Below, one piece after another: positions 29,816 through 40,600 of a DNA stretch of 64,000 nt. Both the position numbers and the translations under genes were made by a program. The notes beneath the pieces are model-generated. The model saw only the letters and a list, made by a program, of their open reading frames with translations, was not told where the DNA came from and searched no databases. The DNA is taken from the NCBI GenBank assembly GCA_016222905.1, contig JACRPZ010000049.1, forward strand, positions 532-64,531. The letters run 5' to 3'. Each line of letters begins with the position of its first letter. Position 1 is the stretch's first letter. Source of the DNA: Nitrospirota bacterium (GTDB taxonomy: Bacteria; Nitrospirota; Thermodesulfovibrionia; UBA6902).

Positions 29816-31519
29816 TTACGAATTCTCAGCGCTCGGCCTTATCGCCTTAAGGTTCAACTGGAGACTCTTTATGCCGTTCCATTCGTTCATACAAGGGACA
29901 AAAGCTATATCCGCCGCTGCTGTCATAGATATCTTCTTCATTATATCGCCTTTGCCAAAACCGATAGTATCTATACCGGAATTATTCTGCAAAGCCCTCA
30001 TCTTGAGATGCCCGTTGCCGACAACTCTGTAATCCATCATCTTTACGCTCTTTGCGCCGAGAAGTGGTTCTCTGTTCGCCTCACCATAGGGCTCAAGAAG
30101 GCTCAGCTCCTTAACGAGATCAATCTTTATATCCGAAAGCTCTACGCTTGCATCTATATTGAGCACAGGGGTTATCTCATCGCCGCTTAAACTCTTTTCC
30201 GCGATCAGGCTTATCCGCTCTCTGAAGACAGGCAGGTTCTCCGACAGGATCTTAATGCCTGCCGCCTGACCGTGACCGCCGAATGCGATAAGTATATCCG
30301 CGCATTCTGCAACGCCGTTATAAAGGTGAAACGGGGGGATGCTCCGTGCTGAGCCTTTGGCCATAGAATCTTTTACTGAAAAGAGAAATACCGGCCTGTA
30401 AAAGAGCTCCACAAGACGTGATGCGACAATGCCTATCACTCCGGGATGCCACTCGGCAGATGAGAGGACGATGGCATTCCCCGGATTATCAGGATCTACC
30501 ATATTAAGGGCTGACCTGAAAACCTTTTCGCCTATCTTCTGCCTCTCCCTGTTCTGTTCTTCAAGGATGTCAGCTATCCTTTTTGCCTCACCGTTGTCCT
30601 GTGTCAGAAGAAGCTCAACAACCACTCCGGCATCATCCACCCTGCCTGCTGCGTTGATTCTGGGGATCAATGTGTAAGAGAGCTGCCCTGCCCTGAGTTC
30701 CCCCTCTATGTTGGCAGAATCCCTCAAAGCCTTTATTCCAGCCCTGCATTTTTCGCTGTTGATCTCTTTCAGCCCGTAAGCCGCAAGTATCCTGTTCTCC
30801 CCTGTAAGCGCAACAGAGTCAGCAACAGTCCCTAATGCGACCAGATCAAGATATTCATTTAAGTCTGCTTTCTCTCCTCTCTGTTCCATGCTTTGGAAAA
30901 GCGCCTGCACTAACTTAAAAGCAACGCCGACTCCCGCTAAACATTTAAAGGGATACTCTGAATCCGCCCTGCGGGGATTTATAACTGCCGTTGCCTCAGG
31001 AAGTTGCTCAGGCGGTTCATGATGGTCAGTAACAATAACATCAATGCCTATGGAACGGGCTGAAGCAATCTCCACGCCTGAACTTATACCGCAGTCAACA
31101 GTAATAATAAGGCCTGCTCCGCACAATCTTGCCTTCCCTATCCCTTTACTGCTGACGCCATAGCCTTCTGTGAACCTGTTGGGGATGTGATAAAAGGTCT
31201 TTAAACCGAGACGCCTTAATGCGGAGACAAGAAGCGCTGTTGATGTAACGCCGTCGGCATCATAATCCCCGTGCACAAAAACGGTCTCGCTTCTGTTAAT
31301 GGCGGTTTTTATCCTCTCAACAGCATCCTTCATATCAGGCATAAGCAGAGGATCGCAGAGATTATTCAGTGAAGGATACAGAAAATCTTTTATTGAATCC
31401 GGCTCTTTGATGCCGCGATTTACCAGTATCTGCGCAACTGTTGCGGATATGGATAATTTATCTGAAAGGTATTTGAGAAATTCAGGATTGGTCCTCTTCA
31501 CCAACCAGTGACGATTCAT
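29816..31519 (-). CDS. recJ: Single-stranded DNA exonuclease RecJ
   Basis: GDYDADG, TVDCG, TDHH, GTVAD, PRINAAGR, GSARS and GGH. Confidence 0.97.
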   Translation of the reverse strand: MNRHWLVKRTNPEFLKYLSDKLSISATVAQILVNRGIKEPDSIKDFLYPSLNNLCDPLLMPDMKDAVERIKTAINRSETVFVHGDYDADGVTSTALLVSALRRLGLKTFYHIPNRFTEGYGVSSKGIGKARLCGAGLIITVDCGISSGVEIASARSIGIDVIVTDHHEPPEQLPEATAVINPRRADSEYPFKCLAGVGVAFKLVQALFQSMEQRGEKADLNEYLDLVALGTVADSVALTGENRILAAYGLKEINSEKCRAGIKALRDSANIEGELRAGQLSYTLIPRINAAGRVDDAGVVVELLLTQDNGEAKRIADILEEQNRERQKIGEKVFRSALNMVDPDNPGNAIVLSSAEWHPGVIGIVASRLVELFYRPVFLFSVKDSMAKGSARSIPPFHLYNGVAECADILIAFGGHGQAAGIKILSENLPVFRERISLIAEKSLSGDEITPVLNIDASVELSDIKIDLVKELSLLEPYGEANREPLLGAKSVKMMDYRVVGNGHLKMRALQNNSGIDTIGFGKGDIMKKISMTAAADIAFVPCMNEWNGIKSLQLNLKAIRPSAENS

Positions 31520-31567
31520 AGGATTAAATGAGCGTTGTTTAATGAAGGGCTATACAGAGTCAACCGG

Positions 31568-32482
31568 CTACTTCTTCCTGCTGAGGGTCTTCTCTTTCCC
31601 CAGCATCAGCACAACCGGGCTTGCAACGAAGATTGAGGAATAAGTGCCGACTATTACGCCAATTATCATCGCCAGCGAGAAGTCATGTATCACTTCTCCG
31701 CCGAAAAGAAAGAGGGCAACCGACGTAAGAAAGACGGTGAGCGATGTAACAATGGTCCTCGATAACACTTCATTTACGCTTTCGTTAACAATTTCAGGCG
31801 CGGATTTTTTAAGCCTGGCTCTAAGATTCTCTCTTATCCTGTCGAAAACTACGACTGTATCCGTAAGCGAATATCCCGCAATCGTCAGAAGAGCTGTGAC
31901 AAGCAGCAGATTGATCTCCCTGCCCATGATGTAAAATATGCCTAATACTGCCATCACATCATGAAAGGTGGCGATGGTTGCTCCAACGCCAAACCGGAAT
32001 TGGAACCTGAAAGCCACATATATCAGAATGCCTAACGTGGCAACGAGTATCGCTACAAGGGCGTCCCGGCGCAGTTTGCCGCCGACCTTGGGGCCTATTT
32101 CGGTAGTTGAATCCACTACCACGTTCTTATGGGAAAATTTCTGAGACAGAATGGTTATTATCTTCCTGGAGAGATCGCCGAGATTCCCCTCGCTCTTTTT
32201 TATACTGATAAGCACCTTGTTCTCAGATGGCAGATCCTGGAGTTCAGCATCCCTGATCCCTCCCTCTTCCAGCGCCTTTCTTACATCATGCAGATTGGTG
32301 GGAGAGTTGAATTTAATCTGGACTGATGTGCCGCCCGCGAAATCAATGCCGAGATTGGCTGTGCCTCTGGCAACCTGAAAAGCGGCAACGAAGCCGAGGA
32401 TTGTCAGGACCGCTGAAACACCGAGGGCTATAAACCGCTTGCTCATGAAATCTATTTTTGTGTTCTTTATAATTTCAATCAT
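31568..32482 (-). CDS. secF: Protein translocase subunit SecF
   Basis: GIDFAGG, IGPKVG, GYSLTDTVVVFDRIRE and GTYSSIF. Confidence 0.97.
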   Translation of the reverse strand: MIEIIKNTKIDFMSKRFIALGVSAVLTILGFVAAFQVARGTANLGIDFAGGTSVQIKFNSPTNLHDVRKALEEGGIRDAELQDLPSENKVLISIKKSEGNLGDLSRKIITILSQKFSHKNVVVDSTTEIGPKVGGKLRRDALVAILVATLGILIYVAFRFQFRFGVGATIATFHDVMAVLGIFYIMGREINLLLVTALLTIAGYSLTDTVVVFDRIRENLRARLKKSAPEIVNESVNEVLSRTIVTSLTVFLTSVALFLFGGEVIHDFSLAMIIGVIVGTYSSIFVASPVVLMLGKEKTLSRKK

Positions 32483-34104
32483 ATGCTCAGTTTCTTGACC
32501 TCTCGATTGGCAGTAATTAAATCAAATACAGTTTTAGTCCCTATAAGCGCCGTGAAAAGATTAATAAAGACAGCAACGCCAAGCGTTACGGCAAAACCTT
32601 TTATAGGGCCGGTTCCGAACTCGTACAAAACCACAGCGGTTATCAATGTTGTGACGTGCGAATCAAAGATGGTCCAAAAGGCTTTGTCATAACCGGAATC
32701 AATGGCAGCCCTCGGGGTCTTTCCGAGCCTCAATTCATCACGCATCCTTTCAAACATGAGCACGTTGCTGTCAACAGCCATACCGATCGCTAATATTATT
32801 CCGGCAATGCCCGGCATTGTGAGCGTTGCCTGAAAAGCCGATAAGGCGCCGACAAGAAAAACGATATTAAGAACAAGCGCAAAATCCGCTATAAGTCCTG
32901 ACAGCTTGTAATAGAAGATCATGAAGACAATAACCAGAAGGGCGCCTATAATGCCTGCCTTTATTCCTGCATTTATTGAATCCTCTCCGAGAGAAGGGCC
33001 GACGGTTACATTCTGGAGCATTTTAAGAGGCGCGGGAAGCGAACCGGACCTCAGTACAATGGCCAGGTCCTTGGCTTCATCCATAGTAAAAGAGCCTGTT
33101 ATCTGTGCATCGCCGCCTGAGATCTTGTCCTGTATCATCGGGGCTGAATGAACATTATTATCAAGGATAATAGCAAGGCGCTTCTTTACATTATTGCCTG
33201 TTATCTGCTCAAAAAGCTTCGCGCCAGTTGAATTAAAACGTATTCCGACATACGGCTCATTGTATCTTTGATCTATGTTTACCCTGGCCTCTGTCAGGAA
33301 CTCGCCTGTCATTAGGGTCTGCTTCTTCAGCAGATAAACCCTCTTTTTTACATATCCGGTGTCCTTATCAGTAACATTTTCAAAGAGTATCTCATCGTCC
33401 TGGGGTATTTTATCCGCATACTGCGCTAACAGTTTATCTGCCTCACCCGCATCAATAGATCCCGGAAGCTCTGCCGCAAGAGCGTTTTCGTCGTCAAGAA
33501 GTTTGAATTCAAGGATCGCCGTCTTGCCGACCAGATCAATCGCCCGCTTCGCATCCTTAACACCGGGTAGCTGCACAACAATCTCATTAGAAGCCTGCCT
33601 GTGGATTGTAGGCTCTGAGACTCCGAACTGGTCTATCCTGTTCCTTATCGTCTCCAGCGCCTGATCCGCGGCAAGGTCTTTAATCCTGCCGATCTCTTTG
33701 TCGCTAAGTTTATAAGAGAGCTTCCCTCCGGATTTAGACACAAATTCAAGGCTTGGATAATTATCCTCAACAATACCCTTAATTTTATCGTCGGAAGAAT
33801 TTATCACAATTCCCATCTGCTCTTTTTCAGCCCTGGCATCAACCTTTTTTTCGCGAAATATATTTGTCAGGCTTCCAGCTATACGCTCTGTGGTTATATC
33901 CGCCGCCTTCTCGCCGTCAACTTCATAAACAATATGTACCCCTCCCTGGAGGTCAAGGCCGAGCGTTATGCCTTTGTCAGGCAGAGAACTTTTCAACCAT
34001 TCAGGCATGGAGGAATACATTGATGTTGAAGGGATGAAAAATATGATAGACAACAGCATAGCCGAAGCGATTAACGTTATACGCCAGAAAAATTTCTTCT
34101 TCAC
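32479..34104 (-). CDS. secD: Protein translocase subunit SecD
   Basis: LGLDLQGG, RIDQFGVSEP, LRSGSLP, GMAVDSNV and IKGFA. Confidence 0.97.
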   Translation of the reverse strand: MKKKFFWRITLIASAMLLSIIFFIPSTSMYSSMPEWLKSSLPDKGITLGLDLQGGVHIVYEVDGEKAADITTERIAGSLTNIFREKKVDARAEKEQMGIVINSSDDKIKGIVEDNYPSLEFVSKSGGKLSYKLSDKEIGRIKDLAADQALETIRNRIDQFGVSEPTIHRQASNEIVVQLPGVKDAKRAIDLVGKTAILEFKLLDDENALAAELPGSIDAGEADKLLAQYADKIPQDDEILFENVTDKDTGYVKKRVYLLKKQTLMTGEFLTEARVNIDQRYNEPYVGIRFNSTGAKLFEQITGNNVKKRLAIILDNNVHSAPMIQDKISGGDAQITGSFTMDEAKDLAIVLRSGSLPAPLKMLQNVTVGPSLGEDSINAGIKAGIIGALLVIVFMIFYYKLSGLIADFALVLNIVFLVGALSAFQATLTMPGIAGIILAIGMAVDSNVLMFERMRDELRLGKTPRAAIDSGYDKAFWTIFDSHVTTLITAVVLYEFGTGPIKGFAVTLGVAVFINLFTALIGTKTVFDLITANREVKKLSI

Positions 34105-34111
34105 CGAAGCT

Positions 34112-34447
34112 CTACTCCTCTTTTCTCAAACCCGCTATGTGACCGCGGTCTATTTTTATCTTCACTTCATCCTTTACGCCGATCTTCAGCGTTATAACGT
34201 TGCCGTTAAGCTCCTCAACAAGACCGTGTATCCCTCCGGTTGTTATAACCTTGTCGCCCTTCTTGATGTTATCAAGAAGCTCCTTGTGTTCCTTTGCTTT
34301 CTTGGATTGAGGCCTTATAAGAAGGAAGTAAAATATAACAAATATCAGTATCAGCGGAGCGAAACTTGTTAACATCCCGGTTGCACCTCCTGCCGGAGTC
34401 CCGCCGCCCGCCGGCCCGCCCATTGCATAGGCTGATTCTGTGAACAT
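34112..34447 (-). CDS. yajC: Preprotein translocase subunit YajC
   Basis: FYFLLIRPQ and KGDKVITTGGIHG. Confidence 0.96.
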   Translation of the reverse strand: MFTESAYAMGGPAGGGTPAGGATGMLTSFAPLILIFVIFYFLLIRPQSKKAKEHKELLDNIKKGDKVITTGGIHGLVEELNGNVITLKIGVKDEVKIKIDRGHIAGLRKEE

Positions 34448-34573
34448 AGTTAAACCTCCGATATTTTTAAGTTAGTGTTATAAATTAAAAGTTTGATAAT
34501 ATAACCTGTAAGCGGTTATTTAATCAAGTGAAAAATATTGTAAAAATCTGGCGGGAATATCTTTGTCAAGCCA

Positions 34574-34638
34574 AATGAACTACCCTGTGGAAGTGACAGC
34601 AGGGTATCTCCCCGTCCTTGAGGGGGAGGGTGAAAATT
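34574..34638. repeat. Small palindromic elements (IS200/IS605-end-like hairpin plus truncated REP-like copy)
   Basis: AATGAACTACCCTG...CAGGGTATC hairpin, then CCTTGAGGGGGAGGGTGAAAATT matching the element at 17716-17761. Confidence 0.4.
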
Positions 34639-34696
34639 CAGGACTTATGTAAGAGCTTCAATATATAACAAAATAACAAAAATGATTAGTGTCCGG

Positions 34697-37600
34697 TTAA
34701 GGGCTGCACCCCGCGTTTATGACCTCCGTCACCCTTGCCTGAAACTCCAGTGAGTTCACAAACTCAGTAAGAAGTGTCGGTCTTGTATACACGCCTCCGT
34801 TAAGCTCTCCAAGCCAGTACAGATACCCCGCAAGATCCGCGCCTCTCCTCATTATGCCGTTATACAGGTCTTCCATATACTCGCTGTTGCTTGTATTCCT
34901 GTCAGCGTACTCCTGACTGTTAAGGAAGCCTAACGCCGTCTGTGATGTAAGGTCTCTTATTGCCTGCGCGTTTCCGTTGCACTGGGCATCCTGCATCTGC
35001 ACAAGCCAGGAGTTGAATCCAACGTCATCAGGCAGTCTGCTCAGAAATCCCCTGTACAGGTCATTTACAAGGTTATACTCCGGCCTTACTGATGTGTCTC
35101 CGAATATGCCGTCCATATACAACTTGAACTCTGCGCTGAATATGAAGTAGTTCAATAAGAGGTTCCTTGTTAATCCGCCTGAAAGCTCTCCTGCCCAGTA
35201 GTCCGCCTCTCCCTGTGATGGTGTCCTGCCAAGGAATGTCTCATACAGGTCTATCACATATGCATTATCTGTTGTGTTCATGCTCAGATACTCTCCTGAG
35301 TTGAAGAAGAGCTTGCCAAGGGCTATGAATCCCTCTTTTATGTCTATGCCGAGCGAGACAACTCGTTCTATCTCTAACGTCCAGTAAAATACTCCTCCGG
35401 GCTCCGGCGCCCTGTTCAGGATGCTGTTGTAGTAGTAGATTACGAGATTAGCTATTGGGCCATTGAGTTCCTTAATCTCCACATCATCAATATACCAGCC
35501 GTCTCCTGTTGCACCATCCCCGTCTGCAAGCAATCTGAACCTTATCAGTACTGACGGTGTTTTGTAACTGCTCAGGTCTAACAGATCATTTATCCATGTG
35601 GGATTATTTACACAATCGTAACTCTTCAGAATATCCCAGGATAATCCTCCATCGTCAGAGGCTTCCACAATAGGACTATCAGGACCATTAGGACTGCAAT
35701 CTGTATTACCCTTGTACCAGAAGGACACCACGGGATATACAAAGCCGGTTAAATCTATCGGATGCGCAAGAGTCAGTGAGGCATTTGTATTGTCAAGATA
35801 ATCCCCGTTAGGACTGTCTGTTGCTGAATGGGTAGTACTGCGAGCATCAGATGTCGTTAAATCCCAGTCATACCCGCTGACTTCCCAATTGCTAAGCCCG
35901 ATCTCAAAGTTGTCAAAGAATGGGAAAGGTGTTGTTGACGGGTCCTTTTCCTTAATCGTCACGTCATCAATATACCAGCCATCGCCTGTTGCACCATCCC
36001 CGTCTGCAATTAATCTGAACCGTATTAGCACTTCAGATGTCTTATAACCGCTTAAGTCCAACAACTCTCCTGCCCAGGTGGGATTATTTACACAATCGTA
36101 ATTCTTCAGAATATCCCAGGATAATCCTCCATTGTCAGAGGCTTCCACAATAGGACTATCAGGACCATTAGGACTACAATCTGTATTACCCTTGTACCAG
36201 AAGGACACCACGGGAGATACCGTCCCAGTTAAGTCTATCGGATGTGCAAGAGTCAATGAGGCATTTGTATTGTCAAGATAATCCCCGTTAGGACTGTCTG
36301 TTGCTGAATGGGTAGTACTGCGAGCGTCAGATGTTGTTAAATCCCAGTCATACCCGCTTACTGTCCAGTTACCAAAACCATTCTCAAAATTGTCGGAGAA
36401 TGGATAAGACAGTCTTACAGTGTCCTTTTCCTTAATCTCCACATCATCAATATACCAGCCGTCTCCTGTTGCACCATCCCCGTCTGCAAGTAATCTGAAC
36501 CGTATTAGCACTTCAGATGTCTTATAACCGCTTAAGTCCAACAACTCTCGTGCCCAGGTGGGATTATTTACACAACCATAATATCTTGGAACATCCCACG
36601 ATAACCCTCCATTTTGAGAAACTTCTACACGAGGATCATCAGGCCCATTAGGGCTGCAATCTGTTTGACCCTTATACCAGAAGGACACCACGGGAGATAC
36701 CGTCCCAGTTAAGTCTATCGGATGCGCAAGAGTCAGTGAGGCATCTGTATTGTCAAGATAATCCCCACCAGGACTGTCTGTTGCTGAATGAGTGACACTG
36801 CGAGCGTCAGATGTTGTTAAGCCCCAGTCATCTATCCAGTTGCAAAGTCCGCTTTCAAAATCATCATAGAATGGAAAAGACAATGTTGTCCCGCCGCATC
36901 CTTCGTCTATTTGTCCATTGCAGTTATTGTCAATGCCGTCGCCGGGGACTTCTGTCATGCCGGGATTTATTGCTGCGTCGCTGTCATTACAGTCAGTTCC
37001 AGGTGTTGTCTGACACCCGGCTGGAACCTGTGGAAGTGTCCCATCAATTGATGAATCAAAATACGTATCGCCGTCACTATCGCAATAATAATCAAATGAT
37101 TGAACTCCGCCCCGAACGCACCGGACGTAGCTGCTATCGTACTTACTGTAGTAGCTGACGTAGCCATCGTAGAAGAGCACGCCCCACGCGTAGTTCGTAT
37201 AGTTCGCGTGGGTAGTAGACGACCAGTAGAAGTTCCAAATGGCTCCAATCTGGAAGAATGTGGTATCTATCGCCGGATCGTATCTCGTATCATCAGTTAT
37301 GGACTCAAGCTCCTTGATATTCGGTAAGCGCCAGTCTGTCTGTCCGCTTCCTGGGGGCAGTGCAAGGTTCTCGCAATAGTTGAGCGCATCAGACCACGTC
37401 ATTTCTCCCGGCTCTGCCTGCTGCCACATGAGACCTGTCGAAGTATCGCTTATGGTGCCGTCATGATTGTCAATAAAATTACCAAAGTCCAACTCACCGC
37501 CCCGAACGCACCGCACGTCATAGAAATTGTACTTACCGTAGCTGAGGACGTAGCCATTGCCGAAGTACACGTGCCACGCGTAGTCCGGATAGCTTGCGAA

Positions 37601-40600
37601 GGTAGTAGACGACCAGTAGTAGGACGCATTGGCATTCGGGAAATATGTTGTGTTAATTGTCGGGACAGGGGAAGGGATAGAATAATCAACAATGCTCATC
37701 AGTTCCTTCTTTGTCGGCAGACGCCAGTCCGTGTAACCACCGGTAGTCAACTCACCGCATACATCCTGTGACAACGGATTATAAGTCGCATCATATGTTC
37801 CTGAAGCCTGATACCAGTTGTAGGTCGTTGGGTTTTCGTCCTGCTGCCACATCAGTCCTGTGTTGTTATCCGTAACCGTGCCGTCACCATTGTCAGTGTA
37901 GGACATCGGGTTGATGTTGTAAGCCCCGTCCTGCCCTGTTCCTGCGCATGGAATTTCATCATAGGGATCAATACCTCTATAGCACTTCGTCTGGCCGGTG
38001 TCGGGAAGTTTAAAGGCAGTTGGCCCGCCGCAGCCCTCATCTATCTGACCGTCACAGTTATTGTCTATTCCATCGCATATCTCAGTTGCTCCGGGATGAA
38101 TCTGATCATTGCCGTCGTCACAGTCAGTGTTGTCCACCACATATCCGGCAGGCTGTGAACATGCGTTTATTAATATCCCTGCGTCTCCATATGTGTCACT
38201 GTCCGCATCACGGTAGTAGGTTGCTGTTGGTAGACCTTCATCTATCCCCCCTTCGCAGTCATTGTCCACGCCATCGCATATCTCAGTTGCTCCGGGGTTG
38301 ATGGCTGCGTTGCCATCATTACAGTCGCCTGACGTTGCTGTTAATTCTGTTGACGCCTTATAACCGGCAGGTCTTAAGCATTGTACGGTCATATCCCCGC
38401 TTGAATACAGATCATTATCTGTATCTTGATACCAGGTCTGATTTGGGTGTTCTAACGGGTCGCTGTCGTCACAGTCATCTCCCGGTGTTGTATGGCATCC
38501 CGGAGGTTCGCATCCAATGCCTACGCAGGTCCCATCACTTGATGAATCTATGTAGGTATCAGCGTCATTATCACAATAATAGTCAAATGACCCAGCCTGT
38601 TCTGTTATCTTTACTACAAAGACATCACTACTGCCTGCATTTGACCCCTGAAACGGGTCCTGTGTTGGAAAGTTGGTTGAGTCTGTTCCACCTGTGACAT
38701 AGGCATTGCCTGAGCCATCCACTGCTATGCCACGGCCTGCATCTTCATTTCCACCGCCAAGGTATGTGGAGTAGACACGGGCGGTGCCCCCTGCATTTAT
38801 CTTTGCTACAAAGGCATCACTACTGCCTGCATTTGACCCCTGAAATGGGTCCTGTGTTGGAAAGTTGGTTGAGGCTGTTCCACCTGTGACATAGGCATTG
38901 CCCGAGCTATCCACTGCTATGCCACGGCCTGCATCATCATTTCCACCGCCAAGGTATGTGGAGTAGACAAAAGGGGAAGTGCCTGAAGAATTTATCTTTG
39001 TGACAAAGGCATCTCCATTGCCTGCATTTGTCCCCTGAATCGGGCCCTGTGTTGGAAAGTTGGTTGAGTCTGTTCCACCTGTCACATAGGCATTGCCTGA
39101 GCCATCCAATGCTATGGCACGGCCATAATCACCACCACTCCCGCCAAGGTATGTGGAGTAAACAAGGGGGAGAGAGCCTGAAGAATTTATCTTTGTGACA
39201 AAGGCATCAGAAGCGCCTCCTCCATTTGTCCCCTGAATCGGGCCCTGTGTTGAAAAGTTGGTTGAGGCTGTTCCACCTGTCACATAGGCATTGCCTGAGC
39301 CATCCACTGCTATGCCATAACCATAATCACCACTACTCCCGCCAAGGTATGTAGAGTAGACAAGGGGAAGAGTGCCTGAAGAATTTATCTTTGTGACAAA
39401 GGCATCATAACCGCCTCCTCCATTTGTCCCCTGAATCGGGCCCTGCATTGGAAAGTTGGTTGACTGCGTAACTCCTGTCACATAGGCATTGCCTGAGCCA
39501 TCCACTGCCATGCCATGGCCCTCATCCATACCATCGCTCCCGCCAAGGTACGTGGAGTAGACAAGGGCAGAGCCGAATGAATTTATCTTTGTGACAAAGA
39601 CATCTCCATTGCCTGCATTTGTCCCCTGAATCGGGCCCTGCATTGGAAAGTTGGTTGATTGCGTAACTCCTGTCACATAGGCATTGCCTGAGCCATCCAA
39701 TGCTATCCCATAGCCAACATCTTCATCTCCACCGCCAAGGTATGTGGAGTAGACACGGGCAGTGCCTGCTGCATTTATCTTTGTGACAAAGGCATCACTA
39801 CTGCCTGCATTTGACCCCTGAAATGGGTCCTGTGTTGGAAAGTTGGTTGACAATGTCTGTCCTGTCACATAGGCATTGCCTGAGCCATCCAATGCTATGC
39901 CAAAGCCAGAATCATAATCACCACCGCCAAGGTATGTGGAGTAGGAAAGCACGGGGTCTATGATGAGTGGATATTTTTTATTATAAGAGGCAACCTCAAA
40001 ACCGAATACGGGTTGTGAGCCTTTAATTCTGAACTTTGAACCATGAACTATGAACTGTCCCTTAACCTCTACCTTTTTGCCGTCTATCTCCTGATAGATG
40101 ATGGGCTTTTTCTGAGTGATGCTGCCTTCTTTAAGGGTTATCTCAAGGTCTCCTGCCTCTGTAACTTTTAACCCTTTTATGCCTTCATATTTCAGCCTTA
40201 CCTGTGACGGGTCCGCGCCAGGTTTTATTAGGATGTCATACTCAAGCTGGCGGTTGTTTCCATAAAACTTTATATCTATTCCCTTATAGAGGTCTTTATA
40301 AACCACTTCCCTGTAGGTTGGTATATTGGTCTTCCACTTTTCAGGGTCATTGCCGATAAAGTAGTTGACCTTGCCTTCCTGTGGCCCTTCTGCAATTATC
40401 TTGGGAGAAGGATTGGCGCCACGGGGGATGAGCTTTACAAGCTCTGATTTTACTCTCTTCTTATCTGCTGAGAGTTTATCTTTCTTATGACCCCTAACCT
40501 CTGACCCCTGACCTGTGACTAATTGCAGATAAACCCCTTCTTCTGTAAAGTAGGTGCTATGTCCTGAACCTCTTTCATAGAACTTGACCTTCTTGTCTGT

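Larger units (their letters stand above)
27277..29842. mobile_element. Integrase-less islet inserted at the 3' end of recJ
   Basis: 27-bp direct repeats with one mismatch, TTA(T/C)GAATTCTCAGCGCTCGGCCTTAT, at 27277-27303 and 29816-29842; AT-rich toxin-antitoxin cargo. Confidence 0.8.

Noticed and set aside
38590-39945. Regularly spaced repeats as a CRISPR array
   Set aside because: They are in-frame protein repeats with homologous intervening sequence, and there are no cas genes.
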